Source: Giardia intestinalis (lineage: Eukaryota). From it: a DNA stretch of 64,000 nucleotides. Below the pieces are notes generated by a model. It had not been told where the DNA came from and made no database searches. It saw only the letters and a list, made by a program, of their open reading frames with translations. The position numbers and the translations under genes were made by a program. This document shows positions 38,726-49,214 of this stretch, in pieces; position 1 is the first letter of the stretch; each line of letters starts with the position of its first letter. Location: the NCBI GenBank assembly GCA_000002435.2, contig CM018789.1; one strand, given 5' to 3'.

Positions 38726-41077
38726 ATGGCTCCTCTTGTAGACAACATCAGCGGGAAGCTGCTCAAGATGTCTGGGAGGGAGCTTCTGCAAGTGGACCCT
38801 CTCCTGCAAGACTATGTGGGCGTTGTGGAATCAAGGTGGGAAGACTTCAAGCACATGCTTAGTTACATTTCTGATGACCTTGGAGGCTTTGACAGCGTTT
38901 CAAACTACGTTGATTATGGCTTCTACGTAGAGGTAGATGATGCCCGGTACAGTCTTAATCAACTTTCGGACCTGGATGACATCTGTAAAGATGTCGCCAC
39001 TTACAACGGCCGCATTCATCTTATTTACAAGGAGTGGGCAGAGAACGCCGTGTTCTTATCTATTATAGGTGACTTCAATTTCTGGGACAAGGCTGCACAC
39101 CCAGGAGTCAATAAAGGATACGGGATCTGGGAGTGTCGGATCCCTTTTTACGTCAACCAGGAGTTGAATATGCTTCACTGCCCAATTCACCATAAGGCAA
39201 AGTTCAAGGTCTTCATGGTGACACGTGACAAGAATGAAGAAATCTATCGCATGCCCCAACGAACACTCTATGCTGTTCATAACCATGAGAGGTGTCAGTT
39301 GGAACCCTTGTTCTATTGTCACGCAGCAGACGCAGATGCAAGAAAAAGAGAAGAGCTCACACGACCATACGCATTCAAGTCACAGAGTCCACAAGGGTTG
39401 CGCAAGAAGGTACACAGGATTTACGAGTGCCACGTTGGCATGAGCTCTACTGAGCCAAAGATAAATACCTACAGAGAGTTTGCAGACATTCTCCTCCCCA
39501 TCATCAAAGAAAAGGGCTACAATGTAATACAACTAATGGCAATCCAAGAGCACTCTTATTATGGGTCGTTTGGTTATCAGGTCACGTCATTCTTTGCCCC
39601 CAGTTCAAGATTTGGGACGCCCGACGATCTAAAATACCTTGTAGACAAAGCACATGAGGCAGGTATTGCTGTTCTTCTCGATTTAGTTCACTCACATGCA
39701 TCGAAGAACGTTGAGGACGGGATCGCAGACTGGGACGGTAGTACGATGTTCTTTTATAAGGAGGACCATCCCCTGTGGGACAGCAAGATTTTCAACTACA
39801 AGAACCCGGAGACTCTTCGTTTTTTGCTCCAAAATGTGCGCTGGTGGCTCCAGGAGTTTAAGATCGACGGCTTCAGGTTTGACGGGGTGATGTCTCTCAT
39901 GTACTATCACAGGAGTGCAGGTGTTGGGTATACAGGCCGTTACGGAGAGTACTTTGACGAGCCCCAATCAGCGGTTGATGTTGGTGGACTAACATACTTG
40001 CGATTGGCTCATGTCCTCATTAAGATGATTGAGCAGACTGAAGGCCGTGACATCCTGACAATAGCAGAGGACGTCTCAGGCTACCCGTGCATGGCGACAC
40101 CAATACTAGATGGGGGTATAGGATTTGACTATCGTTTTCAAATGGCTGTCCCAGATCTGTGGATCAACATGATGAAACATGGCTTTGACACAGGTCTCAA
40201 TGACTTCGAAAGTATTGATGTCAAAAAAATAACGCACACACTCACAAACCGTAGGTGGCAAGAGAAGCATATCGTCTATTGTGAGTGCCACGATCAGGCT
40301 CTGGTTGGTGACAAGACATTGAGCATGTGGCTACTAAACGAGAATATATATGATCAGATGAGTATTCTGCACCAGGCAAATGAAAGAACTCTACGTGCGA
40401 TCCGTCTCCACAAAGTTATTCGTCTGTTAACGATGGGTCTTGGAGGTGAGGGATACCTCACTTTCTTTGGCAATGAATTCGGACACCCAGAATGGATTGA
40501 CTTTCCACGCGTAGGTAATAGCTGGAGCTACCATTACTGTCGAAGGCAGTGGAACCTCGACTATTGGGGGAAGGACGGTCAAACAACACGCTATGCAGAC
40601 CTCGGCCGATTTGACAGGGATCTTATGCACCTCAATGCCTGCCATGAATGGAACGTGGAAAGGGAATATATTACCCGTGATGATAACGAGGAGAAGCTCA
40701 TAGTTTTCGAGCGGAAGAATCTTCTTTTTGTATGCAGCCTTCACCCCTTTAACCCTGACTATGAGGCCATTATACCTGTTCGTCAACAGGGAACATATCG
40801 AGTTATCTTCCACACAAATAGTATTCAATATGGAGGAGATGAATCGGGGACCACGGAAGGGAATGAACTGGTAACACGCAACAAGATGAATAAAGAAAGT
40901 AATGACTTAAAGGAAGATCAGTGGGATAGAAAGATGAATGGGTTGCAATATTACATTAAATTATGGATAAAGCGCCAATGTGGCTATGTTCTTGAGCTTT
41001 CTAAGGGGACTGTCTCCATTCCAGATACTGTTAAGAGCTTTGAGGAGCTATTTCCCAAGAAGAATCCACCATTATAG
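38726..41077 (+). CDS. 1,4-alpha-glucan (glycogen) branching enzyme, glycoside hydrolase family 13
   Basis: Near-collinear match to eukaryotic GBE1: QLMAIQEHSYYGSFGYQVTSFFAPSSRFGTPDDLKYLVDKAHEAGIAVLLDLVHSHASKN, GFRFDGVMSLMYYH, ECHDQALVGDK, and LGGEGYLTFFGNEFGHPEWIDFPR. The track start is TTG, so I moved it to the ATG at codon 8 (MAPLVD). Confidence 0.9.
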   Translation: MAPLVDNISGKLLKMSGRELLQVDPLLQDYVGVVESRWEDFKHMLSYISDDLGGFDSVSNYVDYGFYVEVDDARYSLNQLSDLDDICKDVATYNGRIHLIYKEWAENAVFLSIIGDFNFWDKAAHPGVNKGYGIWECRIPFYVNQELNMLHCPIHHKAKFKVFMVTRDKNEEIYRMPQRTLYAVHNHERCQLEPLFYCHAADADARKREELTRPYAFKSQSPQGLRKKVHRIYECHVGMSSTEPKINTYREFADILLPIIKEKGYNVIQLMAIQEHSYYGSFGYQVTSFFAPSSRFGTPDDLKYLVDKAHEAGIAVLLDLVHSHASKNVEDGIADWDGSTMFFYKEDHPLWDSKIFNYKNPETLRFLLQNVRWWLQEFKIDGFRFDGVMSLMYYHRSAGVGYTGRYGEYFDEPQSAVDVGGLTYLRLAHVLIKMIEQTEGRDILTIAEDVSGYPCMATPILDGGIGFDYRFQMAVPDLWINMMKHGFDTGLNDFESIDVKKITHTLTNRRWQEKHIVYCECHDQALVGDKTLSMWLLNENIYDQMSILHQANERTLRAIRLHKVIRLLTMGLGGEGYLTFFGNEFGHPEWIDFPRVGNSWSYHYCRRQWNLDYWGKDGQTTRYADLGRFDRDLMHLNACHEWNVEREYITRDDNEEKLIVFERKNLLFVCSLHPFNPDYEAIIPVRQQGTYRVIFHTNSIQYGGDESGTTEGNELVTRNKMNKESNDLKEDQWDRKMNGLQYYIKLWIKRQCGYVLELSKGTVSIPDTVKSFEELFPKKNPPL

Positions 41078-41150
41078 AATTGGCAGAGTTCCTCTAGCAT
41101 TTGAAGCTCAAGAGATTTTGTGCTCTGGAGTAAAATTATCAATTTTGCGG

Positions 41151-42638
41151 ATGGCAGAGGTGCAGCAGCTGCCGTCAAAGTTCATCTCCGTCCACGGTCT
41201 TTCGGCTGCTCGTGGGAAGAAGTACCTCTGCGTGATCTGCAATTCAGAAGGGTCCTTTCTCTGTACACAGTGCCGGAGTTGCTATTGTTGTCGCGAGCAC
41301 TTGCTGCTGGATGACCTTGCATGCCATTCATTGCTTTGCGACAGGCAGTCAGCCATACGAGAGATAATGAAACTCCCTCTGGCCACACGTACTCGGCCAG
41401 AGATTGCTACAAAGCTTACCATTCTTCAGGACGAGTGTCGGCGCGTTGCATATTTGGAATCACGACGGCATGTACTAGAAGGGAACAATGAACTGGCCCT
41501 TCCGGCAGCTGAGCGCTCTCTGATTTTTGCAAAGGCTGTCCATGGGGACAACTCTATAGAATTAATACCACCCCTCCTAGCCCTTGCTGATGTGGCGTGT
41601 CTGGCAGGAGCACAAGACGCGGCACGTGGATACGCTTCGCGAGCAAGGTGGCTACTTCTAGGCAAAGAGACAGAACTGCGGTTGCTGGTGGAGACTCACC
41701 TGAGACCTTATGTCCGTCAATGCAACGAGGTGGTGAATAGGCTTACTGGACGGAATACTGGCTGCCTTTCAGCGAAGCTATCTAATACAAAGTCGCAAGG
41801 ATTGCAAAAGCTAACAAAACCCTTTGGAAAAGCGTTCTCCAGCACTAGTACTCGTCTAAAATTACCATCTCATCCTGTGAGTAAGGATCTATCTACAGAG
41901 AAGCTGCAGAAGGCTGAGGAGTCTTCGAGCTCTGAGCTATACCTAGACAATTGCATTAGTGACGAAATATTTCGAACGAAAGAAGGGATTCGACTTGCCT
42001 TTCTATCGTGCCGCTATTGGTCCACAGAGACTCGTCTTAGAGCAGCCGAGAACCTATATGTGGAGGCTTTGGACACAGCAGCTATAGCTTGCTACTTTGC
42101 TGCACTGGCATCCGGCCCCACTAGCATGTCAACGTGTTTGCAATTGTACGCTGTTTCTAAGCTTCTTATTCTTTCTATGGTATCCCAGGAGTCTCATGCG
42201 GTTTCAGTAATGCTGCAAGCACAGGACATGCTGCGGGGGACAATTATCCAGTTTTACGCACCATATGTTATCGGGATACAGCACTACTGCACTGATAATA
42301 GCTGTGAGCCAGATAGTCAGATACTTAGCAAGTTCATGGCAGAGTTCCAACGATCAGATAGAAGGCGCGAGGAAGACGAACGGTTGGCTTTCCGCGCAGA
42401 CATCAAGGAGGCTGTGCAATATATCTTATTTACTGTGGACTATCTAGAACGACACTACGGTCACAAAGCCAAGTGCTTTATCGAGTGCGTCATGTGTCTG
42501 GCTCTGTGCCTAGAAATAGTGGAAGATGCCAGTAGAAGCGAATACATCACAAAGGCATGGGAGCTTGTTCGCAGCGTCGACGAGACGATAATCAATCCAG
42601 TCTTATTCAAAATCTTTATCTTCACTTTTCCAGTTTAA
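41151..42638 (+). CDS. MYND-type zinc-finger protein with a helical C-terminal region
   Basis: CVICNSEGSFLCTQCRSCYCCREHLLLDDLACHSLLCD has the MYND spacing C-x2-C-x7-C-x2-C-x2-CC-x2-H-x9-C-H-x3-C. The track ORF 40980 overlaps the end of the branching-enzyme gene. I trimmed it to the ATG of MAEVQQ (codon 58), which starts 74 bp after the upstream stop. Confidence 0.7.
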   Translation: MAEVQQLPSKFISVHGLSAARGKKYLCVICNSEGSFLCTQCRSCYCCREHLLLDDLACHSLLCDRQSAIREIMKLPLATRTRPEIATKLTILQDECRRVAYLESRRHVLEGNNELALPAAERSLIFAKAVHGDNSIELIPPLLALADVACLAGAQDAARGYASRARWLLLGKETELRLLVETHLRPYVRQCNEVVNRLTGRNTGCLSAKLSNTKSQGLQKLTKPFGKAFSSTSTRLKLPSHPVSKDLSTEKLQKAEESSSSELYLDNCISDEIFRTKEGIRLAFLSCRYWSTETRLRAAENLYVEALDTAAIACYFAALASGPTSMSTCLQLYAVSKLLILSMVSQESHAVSVMLQAQDMLRGTIIQFYAPYVIGIQHYCTDNSCEPDSQILSKFMAEFQRSDRRREEDERLAFRADIKEAVQYILFTVDYLERHYGHKAKCFIECVMCLALCLEIVEDASRSEYITKAWELVRSVDETIINPVLFKIFIFTFPV

Positions 42639-42726
42639 GCAGACCTATCTATAGTCCTACAGAATCCCAAAACAGGTATTAATAAATATGGGTGTGCGAA
42701 TGGTTGAGGGTAGTTTGGCAGTAAAT

Positions 42727-43560
42727 TCAGTGACTGACGTGGAGTCCATAAACGTTAGAATCGTCGTCAAAACCGAAGGCAAGAGCTTCATCCCGCGTGA
42801 CATGATGGGCAATTTGTGCTACTGTCTCCGCTAGCTCCCGACTCACTGGATCTAAGCGGCGAACACTATTGGCAATGTCTGGATCCTTGCTGCGAGTCAG
42901 GCTGGTGATTTCGGGGTTCTTCGGTATATCTGTGTATGCATAGACTCTGTCAAGGTTTGCTTGGGAGCGTTTGGTATTATCCGCTATTCTAGACAAAACG
43001 CTCTTAGGCGTGAGCTTATCCTTGGGGGTCCCCTCACAGAGAGAAGAAGCGAGAGCTGACGCATATTTATGGACAGAAAACAGGCCTGGCTTCCTCTGGA
43101 ACGCACGCACCGACCGTGGAGACATGACAGACATACTCGCTTCGGAAAGGGCACTCCTATTCATAGAATCCACTAGTGCAAGGTTCCGCTCTGAAAGGGA
43201 GCCCACGGGTGAATTTCTATAAAAGACACGAGTGCCAAGGTCTCGAACTGAGCGTGTTGCCCCTGTAGGATTCAACCGGGCCGAAGTGTGCATTCGCGAG
43301 GAAGCTAGTGACCACGGGGTCCGCGAATCTGCCACTTCTTGAGATATGCATGAAGAAGACTCGCTGTTGCTAACTGAAAAGGAATGCTGCTGCTCTTCGG
43401 CAAAATTCATTCGCGCTCTGGCGATTAATTTAAAGGATAGGCGCTCATCTCCCCTGTACTCATATACGCATTCGAGGAGATGATGCAGATTTTGGCCTCT
43501 TTCTGCGCCTCTCATACGTCGTGCCACTGCTGGTTGCACGCCTTTGCGGGGTTTGCACAC
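42727..43560 (-). CDS. S-rich ORF that is probably the frameshifted C-terminal portion of the upstream S/R/P-rich gene (or a separate overlapping gene)
   Basis: Its track start is GTG and the first ATG is at about 43515. Its 5' 100 nt overlap the 3' end of ORF 43460-45703 on the same strand in a different frame. Both parts share S/R/P-rich low-complexity composition. Confidence 0.35.
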   Translation of the reverse strand: MCKPRKGVQPAVARRMRGAERGQNLHHLLECVYEYRGDERLSFKLIARARMNFAEEQQHSFSVSNSESSSCISQEVADSRTPWSLASSRMHTSARLNPTGATRSVRDLGTRVFYRNSPVGSLSERNLALVDSMNRSALSEASMSVMSPRSVRAFQRKPGLFSVHKYASALASSLCEGTPKDKLTPKSVLSRIADNTKRSQANLDRVYAYTDIPKNPEITSLTRSKDPDIANSVRRLDPVSRELAETVAQIAHHVTRDEALAFGFDDDSNVYGLHVSH

Positions 43561-45697
43561 GCGCCTGGAAAAAGATTGAAGATTGGTCGTGAGGCTGCGG
43601 CTTAATAGCCGATATCTTCAGAGCATCTATGTTATAGTTTAATTCCTTCATTATCTCAGGAAGCTGGGCCAGTGTTATAGTCTCTCCTTGTTTATAGTAA
43701 AAGTACGGTAACAGATTGACAACATCTAGCTTGGTAGAAGAACGATTTAGCGCTGACTCTCTTAAATCAAAGACTCCAGAGATGATGTTGGAAGAACCAG
43801 GGGCTACATATTGAGGTGTGGAGGAATTATGCCTGTCCTCCAAATCTTCTAATACCACGTGTTTTGCCTCTTGCTCTACCTCTTTACTAACATGTCGCAA
43901 CAGTGGTTGATTTGCAGTGGTGCTAGAGTTCGATGGGGACCTTTTATATATTTGCAGGTTGTGATTTGGCGGAGGAATAGGTCGAGCAGGTCGCGCTGGA
44001 GGCTTAATGGTTTGTGGAGGGACAATTCTTTGCCCTGCTTTAGTATACATCGGCTTACTGGGCCGTTCTCCCTGCAGTTTTATGTCTAGAGATCTATCTA
44101 AGGTCATGGCATTCGGCTCCATTGTGGCTGTGGTGGCGCGTCTGGGCTCAATAACCATGGTTCGTTTGGCTGATGCTGCATTCACTAAATCTTCATCTAT
44201 GCTTCCGGTCCTCTGTGGGTACACTAGGGAGGGATTAGGGCTATACAATGTAACGTCGGTCATGTCCATGTTTCTAATGGGAGAGGGCGCAATGGGCTGT
44301 GCATATGTTGGCGATAAAGCAACATAATGCGGGGAGCAACGAAGTTCACCACTCCGTCCTTTGGGTGTGTGGTCCTGATCATCTGTATAGCATGCCTCCT
44401 GCGCTGGTATCCACTGCTGCTTTGGCTTGACTCTAGGTGAGGCTATCCGTTGTGGTCCAGTAAATATACAAAAAGAGGTCTTCTGGGCAGACAACGATCG
44501 TCGAGCGCTGGCATCTCTGGAAGCTGAGGCATTCCGGTGAAGTGTTGCAAAACTCAGAGCTCTCCCATTTAACTGGTCACTAATCCATGTGGTTTCTCGA
44601 CGCATTCTCTTGTGTGCAAGTGCCTGGCGCTCACGTGGAGTAAGTTGATGGCGCTTTGGTGGGACTGGAAAGACGAGACGCGCAGCTGGCTTGATTGATG
44701 TTCGAGCATCACTACTGACGGACCTAATGTGTGGTTGGCTGCTAATTCGGGGTGGCTGTATTTTGGTAGATGTACTACGTGGTCTGCTAAAGGAAGAATC
44801 ACGTCCACTAGAACTCAATGGCCGAAATAATTCTGGCGGCTGCTTTCTAATTGCTGATGCAGAAACACCTGGTGTACCAGAGCTCTTGCTAAAGGGTATC
44901 TGAGGTACAATATTTCCTCGCACGCTAAGAGCCCGAGCTGCCTTTGAGCAATAAAGCAGACCCCTATCAGGAGATGCTTCAGATGCTATAAACCGGCGTG
45001 CCTGGGCTTGCATAAATGACTTCTTTGGGTCGATGAATACCAGATCGGTCTCTGACAGCCGGTCGCTGTCTTTGGATTGGACATCAGCGGGAAAACTACA
45101 TTCAGCCTTAGTTGACATATTCTGCAATGATGTTCGTTGAATATTAGTTGTCTCAGAAATAGACTCGGACGGAGATTGGATCTCGCCATGCATACTTCTC
45201 AGCTGTACTGCATTGATCTCCTCTACCAAGTCAGGTACAGGGCGAGATCGAAGCTCTCCGCTTTCATCTAACGTAGACTGTGTCGAATAATACATTGAAT
45301 TAGATCCTTCTGCACGGGTCTTGATAAATGTCACGTTTGCAAAGCATTTGCCAAGTTCTCTACTGCGTGCGGACCGCGTTGGCCGTGGGGACCGTCTATT
45401 GCTCATCACTGGCCTTGGCTGGTTAGCATCGATAAGACTCATCAGACTAGAACCAGGTGGTTTCTTGAGTGGAGACACGGCACGCGAAGAAATACTTTGC
45501 GAAAGTGCCGATGCCGTGCGTCCTAGAAGAACGTTCTCCAGCCTGCCCCTAGTAAGGGTCGCCCCTTGAGACTCAGCCCTTATTCCAGAAACTACCGCCG
45601 TCATATGCTGAACGGCTCGAACGGCAGAACGAGGAGATCCAGGGTCGCGTTTCGGAGATTTTCTAACCCGACCTGTGGGCGAAACTATCCGCTCCAT
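43460..45697 (-). CDS. S/R/P-rich low-complexity hypothetical protein (about 745 aa)
   Basis: Long ORF in the normal-GC region. The track start is TTG, so I moved it to the ATG two codons downstream (MERIVSPTG). No recognisable domain. Confidence 0.5.
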   Translation of the reverse strand: MERIVSPTGRVRKSPKRDPGSPRSAVRAVQHMTAVVSGIRAESQGATLTRGRLENVLLGRTASALSQSISSRAVSPLKKPPGSSLMSLIDANQPRPVMSNRRSPRPTRSARSRELGKCFANVTFIKTRAEGSNSMYYSTQSTLDESGELRSRPVPDLVEEINAVQLRSMHGEIQSPSESISETTNIQRTSLQNMSTKAECSFPADVQSKDSDRLSETDLVFIDPKKSFMQAQARRFIASEASPDRGLLYCSKAARALSVRGNIVPQIPFSKSSGTPGVSASAIRKQPPELFRPLSSSGRDSSFSRPRSTSTKIQPPRISSQPHIRSVSSDARTSIKPAARLVFPVPPKRHQLTPRERQALAHKRMRRETTWISDQLNGRALSFATLHRNASASRDASARRSLSAQKTSFCIFTGPQRIASPRVKPKQQWIPAQEACYTDDQDHTPKGRSGELRCSPHYVALSPTYAQPIAPSPIRNMDMTDVTLYSPNPSLVYPQRTGSIDEDLVNAASAKRTMVIEPRRATTATMEPNAMTLDRSLDIKLQGERPSKPMYTKAGQRIVPPQTIKPPARPARPIPPPNHNLQIYKRSPSNSSTTANQPLLRHVSKEVEQEAKHVVLEDLEDRHNSSTPQYVAPGSSNIISGVFDLRESALNRSSTKLDVVNLLPYFYYKQGETITLAQLPEIMKELNYNIDALKISAIKPQPHDQSSIFFQARVQTPQRRATSSGTTYERRRKRPKSASSPRMRI

Positions 45698-45825
45698 TGA
45701 CAAAAATTAGAATTTATTGTACTTGCTTGGAGTACGTTTCTGCAAGAACCATCGTAAACAAAAACAATATCAAACAGCAAGTTATTGTAGAACTAAGATG
45801 GCGCAATACCGAGCGGCGAGACACT

Positions 45826-46089
45826 CTAGTGCCACTTTTTAAAGGGGACTATTTCTGCTAAGTCATCTGTCTTCCCCAGCATAGAATCTGCAATCTCTGT
45901 GAACACAGACCCAAACTTCTGAGCAAACGCCTTGATCTGCTCCTTTTGGGTGTCTGTCAGAGTCCCTTGTCTTGGTCGTAAGGGGACATACAATTCAAAG
46001 GCAAGGCGCGTTACAACGTCTTGGTATTTTTGTTTAAAATCGTCCATCAGTGCGTCTTTTAAACGCTGAACCTCTCTTGGCAGCCTCAT
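45826..46089 (-). CDS. Small hypothetical protein (about 87 aa)
   Basis: The track ORF starts at GTG and overlaps the divergent gene. The first ATG gives MRLPREVQRLKDALMDDFKQKYQDVVTRLAFELYVPLRPRQGTLTDTQKEQIKAFAQKFGSVFTEIADSMLGKTDDLAEIVPFKKWH. The composition is protein-like. This is weak. Confidence 0.3.
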   Translation of the reverse strand: MRLPREVQRLKDALMDDFKQKYQDVVTRLAFELYVPLRPRQGTLTDTQKEQIKAFAQKFGSVFTEIADSMLGKTDDLAEIVPFKKWH

Positions 46090-46152
46090 AAAGACAGCTC
46101 CCTGCTCCGTCCGATAAGAAGAAATTTTTAATCGTCTTTGGAGCTCCAGTAC

Positions 46153-47253
46153 ATGGAGTTTATTTTTCCAGATGATCACAGATCAAATGAGCCTGCCTCT
46201 GAGCACATTGAGTCTGCGCATATTGACCAACAAGATTGTGACAGTAAAAAGTCCGCAGTCCACGTTGCAACGCCTTTGGTAAATGAGCCAACCAGAGCTT
46301 CGAAAAGCCTGCAGTCTCTAAGTACAGCACTTCGCAGAACATTCGACTCCATACGAGAGAAGAAGGGCGATCATGACCCATCCATCCTCTCCTTCACAGA
46401 GGCAAGTATAGTCCTTCCATATTATCAGGTAGGAAAGACTGACATGCGGCGAGTCAGTCTCGGTCTTTATGCTATATACGTCTTCTTAGCATCAAGCTGG
46501 GTGGCCAACAAACTGGAATTTGGGTTTGAATACAGCAACAAGGTGTATACTCTGGATGAGGCGTCTACGGCACCGGGTTTAGCAGCAGTGATTCGAAAGA
46601 CACTCCCTGCCGAGAAGTTTCTGTTTCGATTCACTGAGCCGTTTGACAATTCCATAGATTGTGCGCTTGCTAATGCAATCCGTGCTGCTCCATCCCTGAT
46701 TCAATATCCTAAAGGGTTCTACTCTCTAACCGGGGTGTTTGCGGATCCAGGACTTAACCGTTACTTAATAGATGAAGCGCTGAGTTATCAGTATGGGATC
46801 TTGGACGGTCTTGTGGCCCGGGGAGTTGTGCAAAGAAAAAAGCGGCTCTTTTCTACGTCGTATCAGTTTTCGTCCACCATCATACCCGTGCTAACATGCC
46901 TAGTGCTGCATGTACGGAGCATAATGTTATCTAATTTTAGCTCTAACAGGCAGGATGATGAGAGCGAATTCAGCAAGTTAGATTGTGAAACATACAAATT
47001 GGCGGCGTTGTACTCTGCTTTCAGTATTTCTAAGCTTTCAGTAGACTACGATCCCAGCTTCCAGATTCCTCGGGCCAACAAGTCCAGACTGTCGGACCGC
47101 GTACGCATGCTTGCTAGCATGGCGGTGTTTCTTTGGAAATCTCCAGCTTTGATGTTACAGCCAGAGAACGTAAAGGCTCGAGACGCTGTAGGGGCTTCCC
47201 TGCTAGGGGAAGCGATGGCACTGGGCGTCCGCGTCTCCAATAGCGTGTTGTGA
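46153..47253 (+). CDS. Hypothetical protein (366 aa)
   Basis: The track start is TTG, so I moved it to the ATG at codon 6 (MEFIFPDD). This leaves about 63 bp to the divergent small gene. No known motif recognised. Confidence 0.5.
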   Translation: MEFIFPDDHRSNEPASEHIESAHIDQQDCDSKKSAVHVATPLVNEPTRASKSLQSLSTALRRTFDSIREKKGDHDPSILSFTEASIVLPYYQVGKTDMRRVSLGLYAIYVFLASSWVANKLEFGFEYSNKVYTLDEASTAPGLAAVIRKTLPAEKFLFRFTEPFDNSIDCALANAIRAAPSLIQYPKGFYSLTGVFADPGLNRYLIDEALSYQYGILDGLVARGVVQRKKRLFSTSYQFSSTIIPVLTCLVLHVRSIMLSNFSSNRQDDESEFSKLDCETYKLAALYSAFSISKLSVDYDPSFQIPRANKSRLSDRVRMLASMAVFLWKSPALMLQPENVKARDAVGASLLGEAMALGVRVSNSVL

Positions 47254-47313
47254 TCGTAAATTTAAGCAAAACATTGGAGTCTTTAAGGTCAAGGCTTTAG
47301 GTTGGTGCGCTCA

Positions 47314-49185
47314 ATGGGAGACATTAAGACGGCTACTTTCAAAGACTTATGCCCAGAGGATCGGGCGAAGATCCAAAAGCTACTTGGCGAGCTGGTCACA
47401 GTAAAGAAAGAGAAGGAGCTCCTAGAAGAGTCTGTGCGCGTTCAGTCGAGTAACCATCGTCGTGAGTTAGCCAAGATGAAAGCAGATAACCGCAACTTAA
47501 TGGATAGACTCCGGCATTACATGTCTGTAGTGTCCCAAAGTACTGCAGGGGATGGCTCCCTATCTTCTTCAACAAATGGTCGACCAAAGTCCGCAGGCTC
47601 AATAAAGCAGAATAACGCAGACAGTTTACGAGACATACTGAGTTCAAAGAAGCCAGATACTGCGTGTAGAGGTACTCTTACGGAGATCAGTATGCAGAGC
47701 GGGCGGGTGGCAGAGGTGCAAACAGTGTCCTACCCCTTCTCTAGTTCAGGGCGTGACCTTCCTCCCATGGGCCCTGGTACTCACTTAATCTATCCGTACC
47801 CGCTTCAGCCTATGCTTGTAGGTGCTGACCAGTACAGCCACGAGTTGATGGCTCTCAAAGCGCAGGTGGCTGCCCTCTCTAGCGCTGTACCTACAGTTAA
47901 GTTTACTGGTGTGGATAGAGAAGAACGCGTAAAAGCCTTCTCCCCCAAATCGGCCACAATTAACAATATTAAGCTTAGCAGCACGTCTGCACGCGCACTG
48001 GGTGCGTTGCCGAGCGTTGAGGACCTCAATAGATCTCTTCCGACACTTTCCTTGGCCAACTCATCACATCTTATGACGAGCATGGATGCCGAAGGCAGGG
48101 CAACACAAGAGAAGAGCGCTTTCTCTACTGATTCGCTTAATATTTCTACATATACTCCATACGTACCAATCTCAGGTTCCATTTTGGATGCCATTCAAGA
48201 GACACTCCCGAATTTGAATTATATTGGAGGTTATCATCAAAATGTTAGTTCTCATCCAACAATGCCAAAAACTGACGATCAATACCTGGAGTCACCGCTC
48301 CAAGCTGCTGATAAAGCAACTAGTGTGTTATCTGATATTGCACGGCCAAATATCTCTACTTCATCATATCCTAGCAAACCGTATGACTTCTCCCAGTCAC
48401 AAAGCGAAAGTCTTGTAGAACGACACCGAGATCCCAGCAAGGAACTTCTTTCATTAATTAACCACACCCATAATTTTGTCACACCCCCGTCTCAGTGTTC
48501 GACCCTTCCAGAAGACAGTCATAATATGGATACGCCCCAAGGGCCCGTCTCAGAAGCGTCTGCCTTAACTGGTACAGCAACCCGCCCACTGCGCAAGGTA
48601 CATACGCCACAGAGTGTGCACAAAGACAAGGATGTGTATGACATCATGGAACCTCCTGGAGCGAGCTTTACCACTCCCCAGGTATACTGCGCCACTGCAC
48701 AAAGGGGTGTAGAGACGCCAGTGAAGCTAGAAGTCATTGAGCCTCCGTCAATGCTAAGGAACACGCCTTCTCCGGTTGTAGAGCAACTAATTAGCAGATC
48801 ACCCACAAGCTCAAGCATGCAGCCTATGGTCACGTTACCAGGGTCTGATCGTGGATATCACGAGCCACTTGATCGTCTTTCTGTCGAAAGTGCACAAACT
48901 TTACCAAGAGACATGATCAATCTTCACACAAACAATCAAGATCAATTATACCCTCATGAGTACTTGCTAGACTTTACTGAAAGACGCCCATTTCCATCAG
49001 ACTTTGATCCCTCTCCACCTGCTGCTCCTGTGCAACTCAAAGGAACCCGGCCTAACCAAGATATCATAGTAAAGAGCATGACCAAAGCTAGTGCAGAAGG
49101 TTGGAGAGGCGGGGGGAATCACTACATACATAGTACACAGATCAGCGACGATACACAGACAGTGGTGCGATTTCTCAATTCCTAA
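47314..49185 (+). CDS. Hypothetical protein (623 aa) with an N-terminal coiled coil and an S/T/P-rich remainder
   Basis: The track start is TTG, so I moved it to the ATG at codon 5 (MGDIKTATFKDLCPEDRAKIQKLLGELVTVKKEKELLEESV...). Confidence 0.5.
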   Translation: MGDIKTATFKDLCPEDRAKIQKLLGELVTVKKEKELLEESVRVQSSNHRRELAKMKADNRNLMDRLRHYMSVVSQSTAGDGSLSSSTNGRPKSAGSIKQNNADSLRDILSSKKPDTACRGTLTEISMQSGRVAEVQTVSYPFSSSGRDLPPMGPGTHLIYPYPLQPMLVGADQYSHELMALKAQVAALSSAVPTVKFTGVDREERVKAFSPKSATINNIKLSSTSARALGALPSVEDLNRSLPTLSLANSSHLMTSMDAEGRATQEKSAFSTDSLNISTYTPYVPISGSILDAIQETLPNLNYIGGYHQNVSSHPTMPKTDDQYLESPLQAADKATSVLSDIARPNISTSSYPSKPYDFSQSQSESLVERHRDPSKELLSLINHTHNFVTPPSQCSTLPEDSHNMDTPQGPVSEASALTGTATRPLRKVHTPQSVHKDKDVYDIMEPPGASFTTPQVYCATAQRGVETPVKLEVIEPPSMLRNTPSPVVEQLISRSPTSSSMQPMVTLPGSDRGYHEPLDRLSVESAQTLPRDMINLHTNNQDQLYPHEYLLDFTERRPFPSDFDPSPPAAPVQLKGTRPNQDIIVKSMTKASAEGWRGGGNHYIHSTQISDDTQTVVRFLNS

Positions 49186-49214
49186 CTTGTATCTCTGTAA
49201 ATCGAAAACTGACA

